A stretch of DNA of 64,000 nucleotides from a bacterium. GTDB lineage: Bacteria; Patescibacteriota; Minisyncoccia; UBA6257; GWB1-50-10. Of this stretch, positions 1 through 9,532 are shown in pieces. Where the stretch lies: positions 58,405-122,404 of the forward strand of contig NZBZ01000001.1 of the NCBI GenBank assembly GCA_002686365.1, read 5' to 3'. A program made the translations under genes and the position numbers. Each line of letters opens with the position of its first letter. The stretch's first letter is position 1. A model generated the notes under the pieces. The model saw nothing but the letters and a program-made list of their open reading frames with translations, did no database searches and had not been told where the DNA came from.

Positions 1-299
1 TATAAATTGGTTCTATTTTCATGACCATTCCCGGCCCTCCTCCGTATGGAGTGTCATCAACTGTCTTGTGTTTATCCTTTGCGAACTTTCTTGGGTCTAT
101 GGTTTTTATTTTTATAAGTTTCTTTTTTGCTGCTTTTCCAAGAATTGAAGTTTCAAGGTATGAGGAACATGCCTCTGGAAAGATTGAAATTATGGAAAAT
201 GTGATGCTTTTCTTTCTTAACATACTTTTATTGTATCAAATAGGCACAAACCTCCCCCAACATAACGTCGGGGGAGGCTTGCTTATTGAATAGATAAGT

Positions 300-590
300 C
301 TATTCCTCTTCTTCTTTTCTTGGAGCTCTGGTTCCGCCTTCTGGCTCTTCGATTTTCAGATTCACTCTTGCATTGCTTTTGATTCCAACAATGCGAAGAA
401 GTGTTCTGATTGCTTTTGCTGTTGAGCCTTGTCGACCAACCACCTGCCCCATATCTTGTGCGTTTACTTTGAGTGTCAGGAGCACCCCCATTTCATCTAT
501 CTTTCGTTCAGTCTGAACATCGTCTGGGTGATCTACGATAGACTTTACAATATACTCGAGAAATTCCTTATCAGCTATATTATCAGCCAT
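300..590 (-). CDS. KH-domain RNA-binding protein (YlqC/UPF0109-like)
   Basis: 96 aa with a GxxG-type KH core (VGRQGSTAKAIRTLL). It sits next to rpsP, as is typical for ylqC. A hairpin plus T-tract lies downstream at about 251-277. Confidence 0.6.
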   Translation of the reverse strand: MADNIADKEFLEYIVKSIVDHPDDVQTERKIDEMGVLLTLKVNAQDMGQVVGRQGSTAKAIRTLLRIVGIKSNARVNLKIEEPEGGTRAPRKEEEE

Positions 591-665
591 GTCTTTCTTT
601 GTGATTATCTAGTACATTTCTTCTACTCGACCTTTTCTGTTAATCAATCGCATCGATTACCTTAT

Positions 666-1115
666 TTATTCAGGCTTCTTTTCCTCAGTCTCTTTTTTTA
701 CTTCGTCTTTGGGCTCTTTGGCTGGAGTTTTATCTTCTTTTTTATCCTCGGTCTTCTCTTCTTTTATTTCATCTTTTTCCGGTGCCTCTTTTTTCCCTGC
801 CTGCGCAGGCAGGTGTTCACCTTTTTCATCCCCTGCTTTTTCTTTTTTCTTTTTGATATTATGTACTGCAATTTTTGGTCCCTTTACTACTCCTTGTTTT
901 ACAAGGAAGTTGTGGACCGTGTCTGTGGGTTTTGCTCCCCTCTCAATCCAGTGAAGTACTTTTTCTTTGTCTACTTCCTGAGTTTTCTCGTGTGGATTTG
1001 TCCACCCGAGGTCGTCTACAAATTTTCCTCCGAGCTTAGATCGTTTCTCCATGACTACGAGTCGGAGATATTTTTGGTGTTTTTTTCCTGTTTTTCTGAA
1101 TTTTATTCGTAACAT
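666..1115 (-). CDS. rpsP: 30S ribosomal protein S16 with Lys/Glu-rich C-terminal extension
   Basis: The N-terminus MLRIKFRKTGKKHQKYLRLVV matches the S16 family. The long KE-rich tail is CPR-like. Confidence 0.8.
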   Translation of the reverse strand: MLRIKFRKTGKKHQKYLRLVVMEKRSKLGGKFVDDLGWTNPHEKTQEVDKEKVLHWIERGAKPTDTVHNFLVKQGVVKGPKIAVHNIKKKKEKAGDEKGEHLPAQAGKKEAPEKDEIKEEKTEDKKEDKTPAKEPKDEVKKETEEKKPE

Positions 1116-1172
1116 GTGTTTGGTATTTAGGATGTTTACGTTTGCCTACGATAGTGGATATCTTTGAAAAAA

Positions 1173-3353
1173 TCAAGCACTAGCGACTTTTTCAGCGTCT
1201 TCCAGCCTTAGGGAGAGTACTTTAGATACTCCGTCTTCTCCCATGGTGATGCCATATAGAATTGAGGCTTTTTCCATAGTGATTTTGTTGTGTGTAACGA
1301 TGATAAATTGAGTTTTGTCTGAGAATTTGGATAGAAGTTCTGAAAATCTTCGCGCATTTTCATCATCGAGCGCTGCATCTATTTCATCAAGAACAAGAAA
1401 TGGCGGCGGGCTAATCGAAATAAGTGAGAAGAGCGCTGCCATTGATACTAGGCTTTTTTCTCCGCCAGAGAGCATGTCCAGATTTTTTATTTTCTTTCTC
1501 GGGATATTTATTTCAAAATCTACTCCTCTGGTGTCTTCCGAGTCTTTTTCGTTTTCTTTGTTTTCTTCCTGTACGGGAATATCTTCGTTTATTTCCTGAG
1601 ATTCTTTTGTGAGTTTGAGCTTTGCCCTTCCTCCTCCGAACATGAGCCCGAAGTATGTGTTAAATGCTTCGTTTATCTTTTTGAAGGAGTTTTTGAATTC
1701 GTTGTGGACTCTTGTTTCAAGGTCTTTAATTATTTCTTTTAGATCTCCTGAGGCTCGTTCGAGATCTTCCAGCTCTTTTGAGAGAAATTCATATCGTTCT
1801 TCTGTTTCTTTGGCTTCTCCTAAAAGTTCTTTGTCAATCTCTCCAATTGAAGCAAGCTCTGCCCTGAGCTTAAATATTCTTTTTTCCGCTTCTTTCCAGT
1901 CAATTTCTTCTGTCTCTTCTCTTTTTTCTGCGAGACGTTCCAGCTCTTCTTTAGTTCGTTCCAGAGATTCCCATTGTGTTTTTAGATCTTCTATTTTTAG
2001 CTGTAGTTTTTCTTTTTCGAATAGATTTTTCTGAAGTTGTGTTTCTAGGGCGCGAATGGCGTTTTTTTCATTTTCAATTTGCTCGAGTTGTTTTTTAAAC
2101 TCTTGATTTATTTTTTGCTGGTTTTCAATGAGGTTTTTTTCTTCCCCTCTTACTTTTTGAATTTTATTTTCTATGTTTTGAAGTTTTTCTCGGAGCTTTT
2201 CAGTAGATTCGGGTGTTTTTGACTCTTCTTTTTTCTCTTTTATATTAAAGATTTTCTCGAGTTTTTTTAGCCAGCCGAGCACCTTATCTTTTATGTTTTC
2301 TATGTCGTTTATTTTTGCTGTTTCCTTCAGCTCTTTTCGAAGCGTTTTCGCGTAGTCGATTAGCTCTTCTACAGAATATTCTTCTCTTAGATCTACTGAT
2401 TTTTGTATTTCCAGCTTTGTTTCAATTCTTACTATTTCTCTTTCTATCTCGGATTTTTCTTTAAGGAATTTTTCCAGATCTGATTCTTCAGAGTTTTCGA
2501 TTTTTTCGTAGTTCTGTTTTTCGAATGCTTTTAATGTTTCTTCAAGCTTTATTATGACCTGCTCCTGAGTTTTCTTTTTTGATTCTATCGGGGCTGCTGT
2601 TTTTTGTATTTTTTCTAGAGCGTTTTTGTATTTTTTAATGTGGAAGCCGAAGTATTTGTTTTCTAATTCTTTTCCTTCTTGCTCTATTTCAGTTCGTTTG
2701 TCCCAGCGGCGCCTCTGTCTTCTTAAAAATCTTAGGTGTGGTTTTATCTCATCTACCATTGCGGCAACCTTTTCCATATTTATTTTTGTTGTTTTGAGTT
2801 TTCTGTTTGCTTCGTTCTTTTTCAATCGGAATTCTTTTAGACCGAGAATTTCTTCTATCATTATTCGTCTCTCCTCTGGAGAGCTTTTTACAAATAGGTC
2901 GCTTTCGCCCTGACCAATGATAGTCATTCCTCTGGTGCCAAGACGCGCCCTTGCAAGAATGGGAGCTAGGTTTTTTAGCCGTATCTCGGCGCTATTTAGA
3001 GATATTTTTGAGCTTCCTGACTTGTCTACTTTTCGTTCGAGTGTTGCTTCTTCCGCATCTGCCGGAAAAATATTTTTTGTATTCCGGAAATGGAGCGCGA
3101 CGCGCGCCATGCTTGAGGCCGGTTTTTTGGGCGTGCCCGCAAAAATAAGATTGCCGATGGATTCTCCTCGGAGATTTTTTGCAGCTCGTTCTCCTAGCGC
3201 CCAGCGTAGGGCATCTACAATGTTTGATTTGCCGGAGCCGTTTGGACCGACAATCCCCACTATTTTTTCAGGGAGATTAAAGTCAGTTTTTTGCGCGAAG
3301 GATTTGAATCCTTGAATTTCTATCTTTTTTAGGAAGGTGGGCATGTGCGTCAA
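1173..3353 (-). CDS. smc: SMC-like chromosome segregation ATPase (short, 726 aa)
   Basis: The N-terminus has a Walker A (GPNGSGKSN). The C-terminus has the ABC signature LSGGEKSL and a Walker B LVLDEIDAALD. The middle is a long coiled coil. It is much shorter than canonical SMC and no obvious hinge is visible. Confidence 0.7.
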   Translation of the reverse strand: MTHMPTFLKKIEIQGFKSFAQKTDFNLPEKIVGIVGPNGSGKSNIVDALRWALGERAAKNLRGESIGNLIFAGTPKKPASSMARVALHFRNTKNIFPADAEEATLERKVDKSGSSKISLNSAEIRLKNLAPILARARLGTRGMTIIGQGESDLFVKSSPEERRIMIEEILGLKEFRLKKNEANRKLKTTKINMEKVAAMVDEIKPHLRFLRRQRRRWDKRTEIEQEGKELENKYFGFHIKKYKNALEKIQKTAAPIESKKKTQEQVIIKLEETLKAFEKQNYEKIENSEESDLEKFLKEKSEIEREIVRIETKLEIQKSVDLREEYSVEELIDYAKTLRKELKETAKINDIENIKDKVLGWLKKLEKIFNIKEKKEESKTPESTEKLREKLQNIENKIQKVRGEEKNLIENQQKINQEFKKQLEQIENEKNAIRALETQLQKNLFEKEKLQLKIEDLKTQWESLERTKEELERLAEKREETEEIDWKEAEKRIFKLRAELASIGEIDKELLGEAKETEERYEFLSKELEDLERASGDLKEIIKDLETRVHNEFKNSFKKINEAFNTYFGLMFGGGRAKLKLTKESQEINEDIPVQEENKENEKDSEDTRGVDFEINIPRKKIKNLDMLSGGEKSLVSMAALFSLISISPPPFLVLDEIDAALDDENARRFSELLSKFSDKTQFIIVTHNKITMEKASILYGITMGEDGVSKVLSLRLEDAEKVASA

Positions 3354-3361
3354 GGAATTGC

Positions 3362-4066
3362 TTACGCTTTCTTCTTCTCTACTTTTTTCAGGGCATTTAC
3401 TGCTGCATCTCGTTCAGCCTCTTGTTTTGAGAATCCTTTCCCTGTTTCAATTTTTTTGTTTCCGAAGAATACTGCGGCTATGAATTCTTTGTCATGATCA
3501 GGGCCTTCTTCTTGGAGGATTTTGTATGTTGGAGTGAGTTTTTGCCCCTCTTGGACTATTTCCTGAAGTTGGCTTTTCGCGTCTATGAATAGTTCTTTTT
3601 CCAGAACTTCTTCAAGCTGGTCCAGAATGTATTTTTTGATAAACTTTTCTGCTTTTGCGTAGTTTTGGTCTATATATATTGCGCCGATAAGGGCCTCTAC
3701 GGAGTTTGCAATGATTGCTTCTTTTGCTCGCCCCTCATCTTTTGCCTCGCCCCTTGAGAGGAGTATATATTTTTCAAGGCTTAGACTTTCCGCAACGTTT
3801 GAGAGCATCGTGTGATTTACGAGTGCTGCTCTGATGCTTGTAAGTTCTCCCTCCTGCTTTTCAGGGAATTTATTAAAGAGAAAGTCTGTTGTGACGAGTT
3901 CAAGTACTGCGTCTCCGAGATATTCCAAACGTTCGTTGTGAGGAAGAGCCCACTTTGTGTTTTCGTTCAAATAAGAACGATGAGTGAAGGCCTCTCGGAG
4001 GATGTCTTTGTTTTTGAACTTTATTTTTAGTTGTTTTTCGAGTTCTTCGAGTTTTGTTTCAGGCAC
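3362..4066 (-). CDS. rnc: ribonuclease III
   Basis: RNase III signature ERLEYLGDAVLEL, with a C-terminal dsRBD-like region. Confidence 0.9.
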   Translation of the reverse strand: MPETKLEELEKQLKIKFKNKDILREAFTHRSYLNENTKWALPHNERLEYLGDAVLELVTTDFLFNKFPEKQEGELTSIRAALVNHTMLSNVAESLSLEKYILLSRGEAKDEGRAKEAIIANSVEALIGAIYIDQNYAKAEKFIKKYILDQLEEVLEKELFIDAKSQLQEIVQEGQKLTPTYKILQEEGPDHDKEFIAAVFFGNKKIETGKGFSKQEAERDAAVNALKKVEKKKA

Positions 4067-4139
4067 AGTGGTATACGAAATACGAAAGAGTACGAAATTA
4101 CGGAATTTGTATTCCTAATCTTTCGTATTTTGTAATTAA

Positions 4140-4679
4140 TTATTTTTTCTTTGTTTTTTTCTTCGCGGCTTTTTTAGGTTTTTTTGCTGCTTTTTTCTTT
4201 GCTGAGGTTTTTGGCTTTGTCTTTTTCTTTTTGGTCGGTGAATTAGACGAAGTCTGTTCTTTTTCTTTTAGTTCGTTGAAGATTGTTCCTAAGACGCCGT
4301 TTATGAACTTTGATGAGTTTTGCCCGCCAAAGTTTTTCGCAAGCTCTATGCTTTCATTTATTGCTACTTTGTGAGGCACCTCTTCTTCGTCGGCATATAA
4401 AAGTTCGTAGATGCCGAGTCGGAGAATGTTTCTGTCTACGATTGCGATTTGCGGGATTGGCCAGTCAGGCGCTGCGCGCTCTATTACTTTATCAATTCCT
4501 TCTAGTTTATCTATAACTCCGCCAATTAGTTTCCAGACAAACTCGGGCTCATCAATGTCTTGTCCGAACGCCTCCATGTTTCTTTCTATGAGCTTGTCCA
4601 GATCAATTTTCTTTTCGTAGAAATCCCATTCGTAAAGGGATTGAAGAATAATGCTTCTACAAAGGTGACGTGTAGCCAT
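4140..4679 (-). CDS. nusB: transcription antitermination factor NusB with Lys-rich tail
   Basis: The NusB-like helical core ([22 protein letters not shown]) is followed by a poly-Lys C-terminus. Confidence 0.65.
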   Translation of the reverse strand: MATRHLCRSIILQSLYEWDFYEKKIDLDKLIERNMEAFGQDIDEPEFVWKLIGGVIDKLEGIDKVIERAAPDWPIPQIAIVDRNILRLGIYELLYADEEEVPHKVAINESIELAKNFGGQNSSKFINGVLGTIFNELKEKEQTSSNSPTKKKKTKPKTSAKKKAAKKPKKAAKKKTKKK

Positions 4680-4733
4680 AACGTTAGCTTTTTCAGCCCG
4701 AGGCTGATTCGCCTTGGGCGAAAGCTTTATTAA

Positions 4734-5009
4734 TTATTGGGAAGGTTCTTTGGATTTTGACCCTGTTTTTGATTGTACTACTTTTTTTGGCTTTTCTGAA
4801 GGCGTAGGAGTGGATTTCTTTTCTTTTGGTTTTTCTGACATTTCTTTAGGCATTTTTGCTGCTCGATAGGTATTACATTGTGGGCATGATCTATGAGGTA
4901 TGGTAACGCCTCCGCAGGATGGACAGATTTGTACTGCTATCTTTTTTGCGTTTTTCTGTGACCTTCTTCTTCCTACTTTTGATTTTGAGTCTCGTTTTTT
5001 GGGTACCAT
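4734..5009 (-). CDS. rpmF: 50S ribosomal protein L32 with C-terminal extension
   Basis: MVPKKRDSKSK...CPSCG...CPQC, the L32 zinc-ribbon pattern. Confidence 0.7.
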   Translation of the reverse strand: MVPKKRDSKSKVGRRRSQKNAKKIAVQICPSCGGVTIPHRSCPQCNTYRAAKMPKEMSEKPKEKKSTPTPSEKPKKVVQSKTGSKSKEPSQ

Positions 5010-5097
5010 TGTATTTCACTAATTGCACTAATGTATACGAATTGCACTAATTTGTGAAATTCGTGTTCATTCGTGTCATCTGTGTGTAAGAATTGGT

Positions 5098-5709
5098 TCA
5101 AATGCTACTGTATTTTGAGATAAAGGTCAATCTGTGAATTGGAGATAGACCGTGTTTTTTCAGGGCTTTTAAGTGTATTTTTGTTCCATATCCTTTGTGT
5201 TTGTGAAATTCGTATTTTGGATATTTTTTGTGTTTTTTTGTGATATATGCGTCTCGGCGGACTTTTGCTGCGATTGAGGCGAGTTTGATTGTAGTAATGC
5301 GTTCGTCACCTCGTACGATAGCTTTTAGCTTATAGCTTTTAGCTTCGTTAGCTTTTATTCGGATGCCGGCGTCGAGGTAGATTTGCGTTTTGGAAGCTGA
5401 AAATCTGATCTTAGAAATTAGTCGTTTTAATGCTCTTGTCGCGGCGAGATCTGCGGCTCTAGCTATGTTTATTCTGTCTATTGTTTTGGGATAGACCATT
5501 GCTACTGCGTAAATTATGTTTGGGTTGGTTTTTATATATTCAAACCATGCTTTGCGAGCCTGCTCGGAAAGTTTTTTAGAATCTTTGAGAGAGATTTTTG
5601 TAAGATTTGTTTTTGGTCGGAAGTTTTTTGGAATAAGGACAACGCCTACAGCTACAGGGCCTGCGAGTGGTCCTCTGCCTGCTTCGTCTATGCCGATTAC
5701 ATACTGCAT
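5098..5709 (-). CDS. rnhB: ribonuclease HII
   Basis: The N-terminus VIGIDEAGRGPLAGPV is the canonical RNase HII motif. Confidence 0.9.
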   Translation of the reverse strand: MQYVIGIDEAGRGPLAGPVAVGVVLIPKNFRPKTNLTKISLKDSKKLSEQARKAWFEYIKTNPNIIYAVAMVYPKTIDRINIARAADLAATRALKRLISKIRFSASKTQIYLDAGIRIKANEAKSYKLKAIVRGDERITTIKLASIAAKVRRDAYITKKHKKYPKYEFHKHKGYGTKIHLKALKKHGLSPIHRLTFISKYSSI

Positions 5710-5811
5710 GGAGTTATTGTATCACTCTTATAAAAAGAAAGAGGAGGCTTGTTGGGCCTCCTTATGGTGGGTTCACGAAGTCGTACTTCGTGAGGTTGTC
5801 AGCTAAATCAG

Positions 5812-6435
5812 CTACGCAGCGTGTCCCTCTTGGGCGAGGTTCTTTCCGTCCCAGCAGATTCGGAGGGAGTTGTGTGCACCTCCATGATCGTAATAGGGGG
5901 TGCTGAGTTTTGTCCCTTGGCGCATTTCGATCACTGTGACGCGAGTGGTTGTTCCGTCCATGTCGACGAAATACTCTGCAATGTCAGTAGTGGGTCGATT
6001 AGGGCGATCTACTCGCGGCTGTACAGGAACTCGTATGAGCACTAGCGCAGTTGAGTTTCGGTCTTCTGGGCTTTCGGGGCCGAGCGTTGGCGGCTCTCCG
6101 TTTCCTGATGGGAGAAGAGATGCTCGCGTGATCTCTATTGTCTCTGGTTCAAAACCAGTTACCCTCAGGCATGCCTCTGTGTCTCCGTGTGGAGATTCCA
6201 TGAGGGGTACGTGAAGCGTGCCATTTGTTCCAACAATGCACATTCCCTTTTGCACGCCTTGGGGTGTTGCTGTAAAGAGTAGCATTCTCACCTTTCGATC
6301 AGTGGCCCGTTCAGTTGTCGAAGATCTTGTGCTTCGTTCCAAGCACGCCAAATCATTATTGTACCAAATTTGGTGCGCTTGGAAAAAGGCGGGAGCTGTG
6401 CTTGGTGCTCCCGCGTGAGTCGTCGTAATGGTCAC
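5812..6435 (-). CDS. hypothetical protein (GC-rich island 1), immediately downstream of DAHP synthase
   Basis: 207-aa ORF with an ORF start 4 nt from the DAHP synthase stop. The composition is GC-rich and no family was recognised. GC-rich DNA inflates chance ORFs, so support is weak. Confidence 0.3.
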   Translation of the reverse strand: MTITTTHAGAPSTAPAFFQAHQIWYNNDLACLERSTRSSTTERATDRKVRMLLFTATPQGVQKGMCIVGTNGTLHVPLMESPHGDTEACLRVTGFEPETIEITRASLLPSGNGEPPTLGPESPEDRNSTALVLIRVPVQPRVDRPNRPTTDIAEYFVDMDGTTTRVTVIEMRQGTKLSTPYYDHGGAHNSLRICWDGKNLAQEGHAA

Positions 6436-6438
6436 GGA

Positions 6439-7635
6439 TTAGAGCTGCGCTGCTCTGTCTCCGCCGCCTTCTTCGAGGGTTCCTTTGCCGACGACCGTTT
6501 TGGCCCTTCCGAAGAGCCGTTCCCGGTCATCAGAGACTCGTTTCTCGTAGATCGGCTCGAGGGCCGCGGAAGGGACGTAGAGATGGGCGATGGTCTCGCG
6601 TAGTTTCCATACTTCCTTTGTGGCTTCGACGAGATTCCCTATCTGTTCAGGGAAGAGTGTTTGGAATCCGTCTGACTTGGCGACGAGCGGATTCGGGTGT
6701 GCCTCGACGAGCAGTACGGAGGCTCCTGCGAGGATGCCCGCGAGCGTCATTGGGTGAACCAGGTCACGGTTTCCTGTGCCGTGAGAGGCGTCGATTGCTG
6801 CGGGCAGATGAGTGAGTTGGTGGTGGAATGCGGCGATGGACCCGAGGTCGAGAGTGTTGCGCGTGTATTGAGAGGGTCCCGTTACTCCGCGCTCGCAGAG
6901 TATGATGTTCTCTTTGCCATTGATCATCATGCGTTCAACCCAGAGGAGGTAGTCCTCAGGATCGAGAGAGTTCCCTCTCTTGTGGATGACTGGCAGGTCG
7001 GTCCCTCGTAGCGCGTTCAGGAGTATGGTGTTGCGGCTGTTCGGCTCGCCGATCTGAAGGCAGTCCACGCCTGCGTCTTCATAGACGTTAATGAGGGAGG
7101 GGTCGAGGATTTCCACCACGACAGGCATTTGGTGTTCGCGTCCGGCTCTGACGATATACCGAAGTCCTTCGATGAGGTCATCGGTGGATTGTGCTCCAAT
7201 CCCTTCCCAGCCGCTGTATGGGCTGGAACGGTACTTGTGCACGCCGCCGCGGAGGACGTGCGCGCCAGCATCCTTCATAATGCGCGCCGCTTCCATCATC
7301 TGACGCTCGCTCTCGATGGAGCAGGGTCCGGCCACGACGACGAGGTCTCCACCGCCGATCGTTACGTTCCCGATTGGGAATGTTGAGTAGAATCGGTCGG
7401 TCCCCGTGCCTTTCTGCGTTGCGCGTTTGTAGGCGCGCGAGATGGAGATGATTTCCTCGACGCCTGGCATCTCGAAGATACGCCCGCGAGGGGCTTGGGA
7501 GACATCTCCGTAGACGCCTATCAGCGTGTGATCCTTGCCGGGCATCTTTCCAGTTTCGAACTCGAGCTCTCTGAGTAGTCTTTCCACGGCGCTGATCTGG
7601 GCCCTGGTTGCTCCTTGTCGCATCTTGACGATCAT
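6439..7635 (-). CDS. 3-deoxy-7-phosphoheptulonate (DAHP) synthase, type I-beta with N-terminal ferredoxin-like regulatory domain
   Basis: The core VVAGPCSIESERQ...VLRGG...KYRSSPYS...ILCERG...IDASHG aligns with Thermotoga/Bacillus-type KDO8P/DAHP synthases. An extra N-terminal domain of about 80 aa is present. Confidence 0.85.
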   Translation of the reverse strand: MIVKMRQGATRAQISAVERLLRELEFETGKMPGKDHTLIGVYGDVSQAPRGRIFEMPGVEEIISISRAYKRATQKGTGTDRFYSTFPIGNVTIGGGDLVVVAGPCSIESERQMMEAARIMKDAGAHVLRGGVHKYRSSPYSGWEGIGAQSTDDLIEGLRYIVRAGREHQMPVVVEILDPSLINVYEDAGVDCLQIGEPNSRNTILLNALRGTDLPVIHKRGNSLDPEDYLLWVERMMINGKENIILCERGVTGPSQYTRNTLDLGSIAAFHHQLTHLPAAIDASHGTGNRDLVHPMTLAGILAGASVLLVEAHPNPLVAKSDGFQTLFPEQIGNLVEATKEVWKLRETIAHLYVPSAALEPIYEKRVSDDRERLFGRAKTVVGKGTLEEGGGDRAAQL

Positions 7636-7828
7636 TCTTCGTCTCCCTCTCTGTCGTCTGACTCTGAATCAGGATGATGAGTGCAGTTGTCTTGGTTGCT
7701 CGGGTGGTCTGCTCGTTCTGGGTCCTGCCTCGGAGTTCTGGGTAGATGAAGAGTCTGCTTCTTGTCATGTCCTATGGGCAGCAACATTCTTGTGCGTGTC
7801 GTCGCCATGATTTTTCCTCTCGCTATTC

Positions 7829-8170
7829 CTATTTGATCTGGAAGGGCTTTCCAATGAAGCCGCAGCCTTGTCCTCGGCAGGAGCGTCTGCTTTGGCCGTC
7901 TCTTGTGGTGATTTCTATCAGTTTTTCTTCACCACATTTTGGGCAGGAGCCCTCTTCCCAGTCTATTCCAAGGTGTATGCTCATGGGATCTGGTCTTGTC
8001 TCGCGGTACTTACTCAGGAAGGGCATGACTTTCTTTCCGTGTCCGTGACGTGTTTGCAGCAGAATCAGGCCGATGTTTGCTGCGTTGTAAGGTGCAATTT
8101 GGCCTGAAAGTTGAGTGTTTTTTACAAAATACCCAATTTTCAAGTCAAAGATTTTGCGTTGTCCGCGCAC
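7829..8170 (-). CDS. hypothetical zinc-ribbon protein
   Basis: The C-terminal CPKCG...C-x2-GC motif looks like a zinc ribbon. The N-terminal part is AT-richer and the start is uncertain. A bidirectional hairpin terminator lies at about 8178-8203. Confidence 0.3.
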   Translation of the reverse strand: MRGQRKIFDLKIGYFVKNTQLSGQIAPYNAANIGLILLQTRHGHGKKVMPFLSKYRETRPDPMSIHLGIDWEEGSCPKCGEEKLIEITTRDGQSRRSCRGQGCGFIGKPFQIK

Positions 8171-8402
8171 TAAAACAAAACGCCCCTTGGCTAGGGGGTT
8201 TTCTTTAAACTATGTGTTTATTTTAGCTTTTCGCTTCTGAAAACCACCTAACCCTTGGAGGGCATAAAGAAAAATCCAAAGAAAAAGGTGTTTTGCGGTG
8301 ATTTCATGATTGATTGCATTTTTGCAGGTTTATGGTTTTTTGTCAAATAAAAAAAGAGCCTTTAACGGAAGGCTCTTGCGTGTAGATTAGTGTTGGTGGG
8401 TG

Positions 8403-8624
8403 TTAGCCGCCGAGCTGCATTATCGTAGCGGGGATAGCTCTTGTCCCCAGTATTCGAAGTTCGCGTGTCAGGGTTTGGCGGAGTTCGTCGTCGCTTGTAG
8501 CCCTCTGTAGCCTTCGCTCAAGCGTTGCTTGTTGGGTAAGCTGGTCGTGAAACCTTCTTTCCAACTTAGCCCGATGTGTGGCGAGGTCTGGGTGAACGAG
8601 TTCTCCAGGAAGGTCGGCGGTCAT
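8403..8624 (-). CDS. small hypothetical protein (73 aa) ending in Gly-Gly, translationally coupled to upstream gene
   Basis: Its start codon overlaps the stop of the 8624-9196 ORF. The C-terminus is ...IMQLGG. An intrinsic terminator hairpin lies just downstream at about 8345-8372. Confidence 0.35.
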   Translation of the reverse strand: MTADLPGELVHPDLATHRAKLERRFHDQLTQQATLERRLQRATSDDELRQTLTRELRILGTRAIPATIMQLGG

Positions 8625-9196
8625 TACTCGCTCTCCTCGTCTGGTTCGCCTAGGGCCTTGTTTAGGCCGTCTACGAATGCGAAGAAGAAGGCTTCGGTCG
8701 TGTTGCGGCTTTCGCCGACGCCAGTTACTTCCTCGTCGTTCACTTGGAGTGGCAGTTCGACTCTTCCCGTTGCTGCTGTTTTGTCTTCGTCCGTGGCTGT
8801 TGTTGCTTCGTCTCCATTCATGATGTGCACTGGGATTTCATCTCCGATGAGCTGTAGATCTGTTCCAGTTGCTTTCTGGATAGCTTTGGCGATGGCGTTC
8901 CAGGGTCCTTCTCCAGTCGATGCTTCTACGTGTTTGTCACCGTCGATGTCGATGACTACGTTGGCCGTTGTTGTGACGCTGTTTCTTGGTCCTTCTGCTG
9001 CGTCTCTGTCTGCATCAGGCTTTGTTCCCGTGATGCACAGGAAGCTGTGTGCTTTATACTTCGGCATCGGTTGTCCTTTCCGGACATGTGATGTCTTCTT
9101 GTACACCGGTCTATACATTGAAGACGTTTTCGATGAACGTATTGCTTTTCCGGAAAGTAGATATTTCTTCTGAATTATCCACTTTCCGAGGCACAA
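8624..9196 (-). CDS. standalone LeuA-allosteric(dimer)-domain-like acidic protein
   Basis: The segment VVIDIDGDKHVEASTGEGPWNAIAKAIQKATG...VELPLQVNDEEVTGVGESRNTTEAFFFAFVDGLNKAL resembles the C-terminal regulatory domain of 2-isopropylmalate synthase (GNGPVDA-type). It is very acidic. The true start is probably internal (MPKYKAH near 9067). Confidence 0.45.
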   Translation of the reverse strand: MCLGKWIIQKKYLLSGKAIRSSKTSSMYRPVYKKTSHVRKGQPMPKYKAHSFLCITGTKPDADRDAAEGPRNSVTTTANVVIDIDGDKHVEASTGEGPWNAIAKAIQKATGTDLQLIGDEIPVHIMNGDEATTATDEDKTAATGRVELPLQVNDEEVTGVGESRNTTEAFFFAFVDGLNKALGEPDEESE

Positions 9197-9532
9197 TTTG
9201 TGTGTATAAAAAATACCCTTTGGTTAGGGTATTTTGCAAGTTTTTGTAATCGTATTAACTCAAAACGCCCTAACCGTGGGATTCTGTAAGGAGGAGGTTA
9301 AGAAGAAGTCCGTTTTGATATAGCACAACTGCTTTTTGCATGTTGAGTATATTTTATTGGTGGTTTGGTGTTTTGTCAACTCCGTTAGAGCTTGTCTTTT
9401 TGCCGAAAGCGAAACGAACTTAGGGACAAGCTCTAACGGGGTCAATTTTTAGGCTGTGGATAAAGAAAATGCCTCCGAGGGGTTGCCTGGAGGCGTGATG
9501 TGAGGATGATGATTCCTCGGTTCGTGGTTGTG

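Noticed and set aside
429-1112. 227-aa plus-strand ORF rich in Phe/Leu
   Set aside because: It is antisense to rpsP and the KH gene, and is a poly-T/codon artefact of their Lys/Glu-rich coding strand.
7178-7768. 196-aa Arg-rich ORF on the minus strand
   Set aside because: It overlaps the well-supported DAHP synthase gene in another frame, and its composition is typical of an out-of-frame translation of GC-rich DNA.
8403-8624. 73-aa GG-terminal protein as a Pup homolog
   Set aside because: Pup is acidic and disordered with a GGQ/GGE terminus. This peptide is basic/helical-looking and no PafA/Dop-like ligase is nearby. Kept only as a weak ubiquitin-like speculation.
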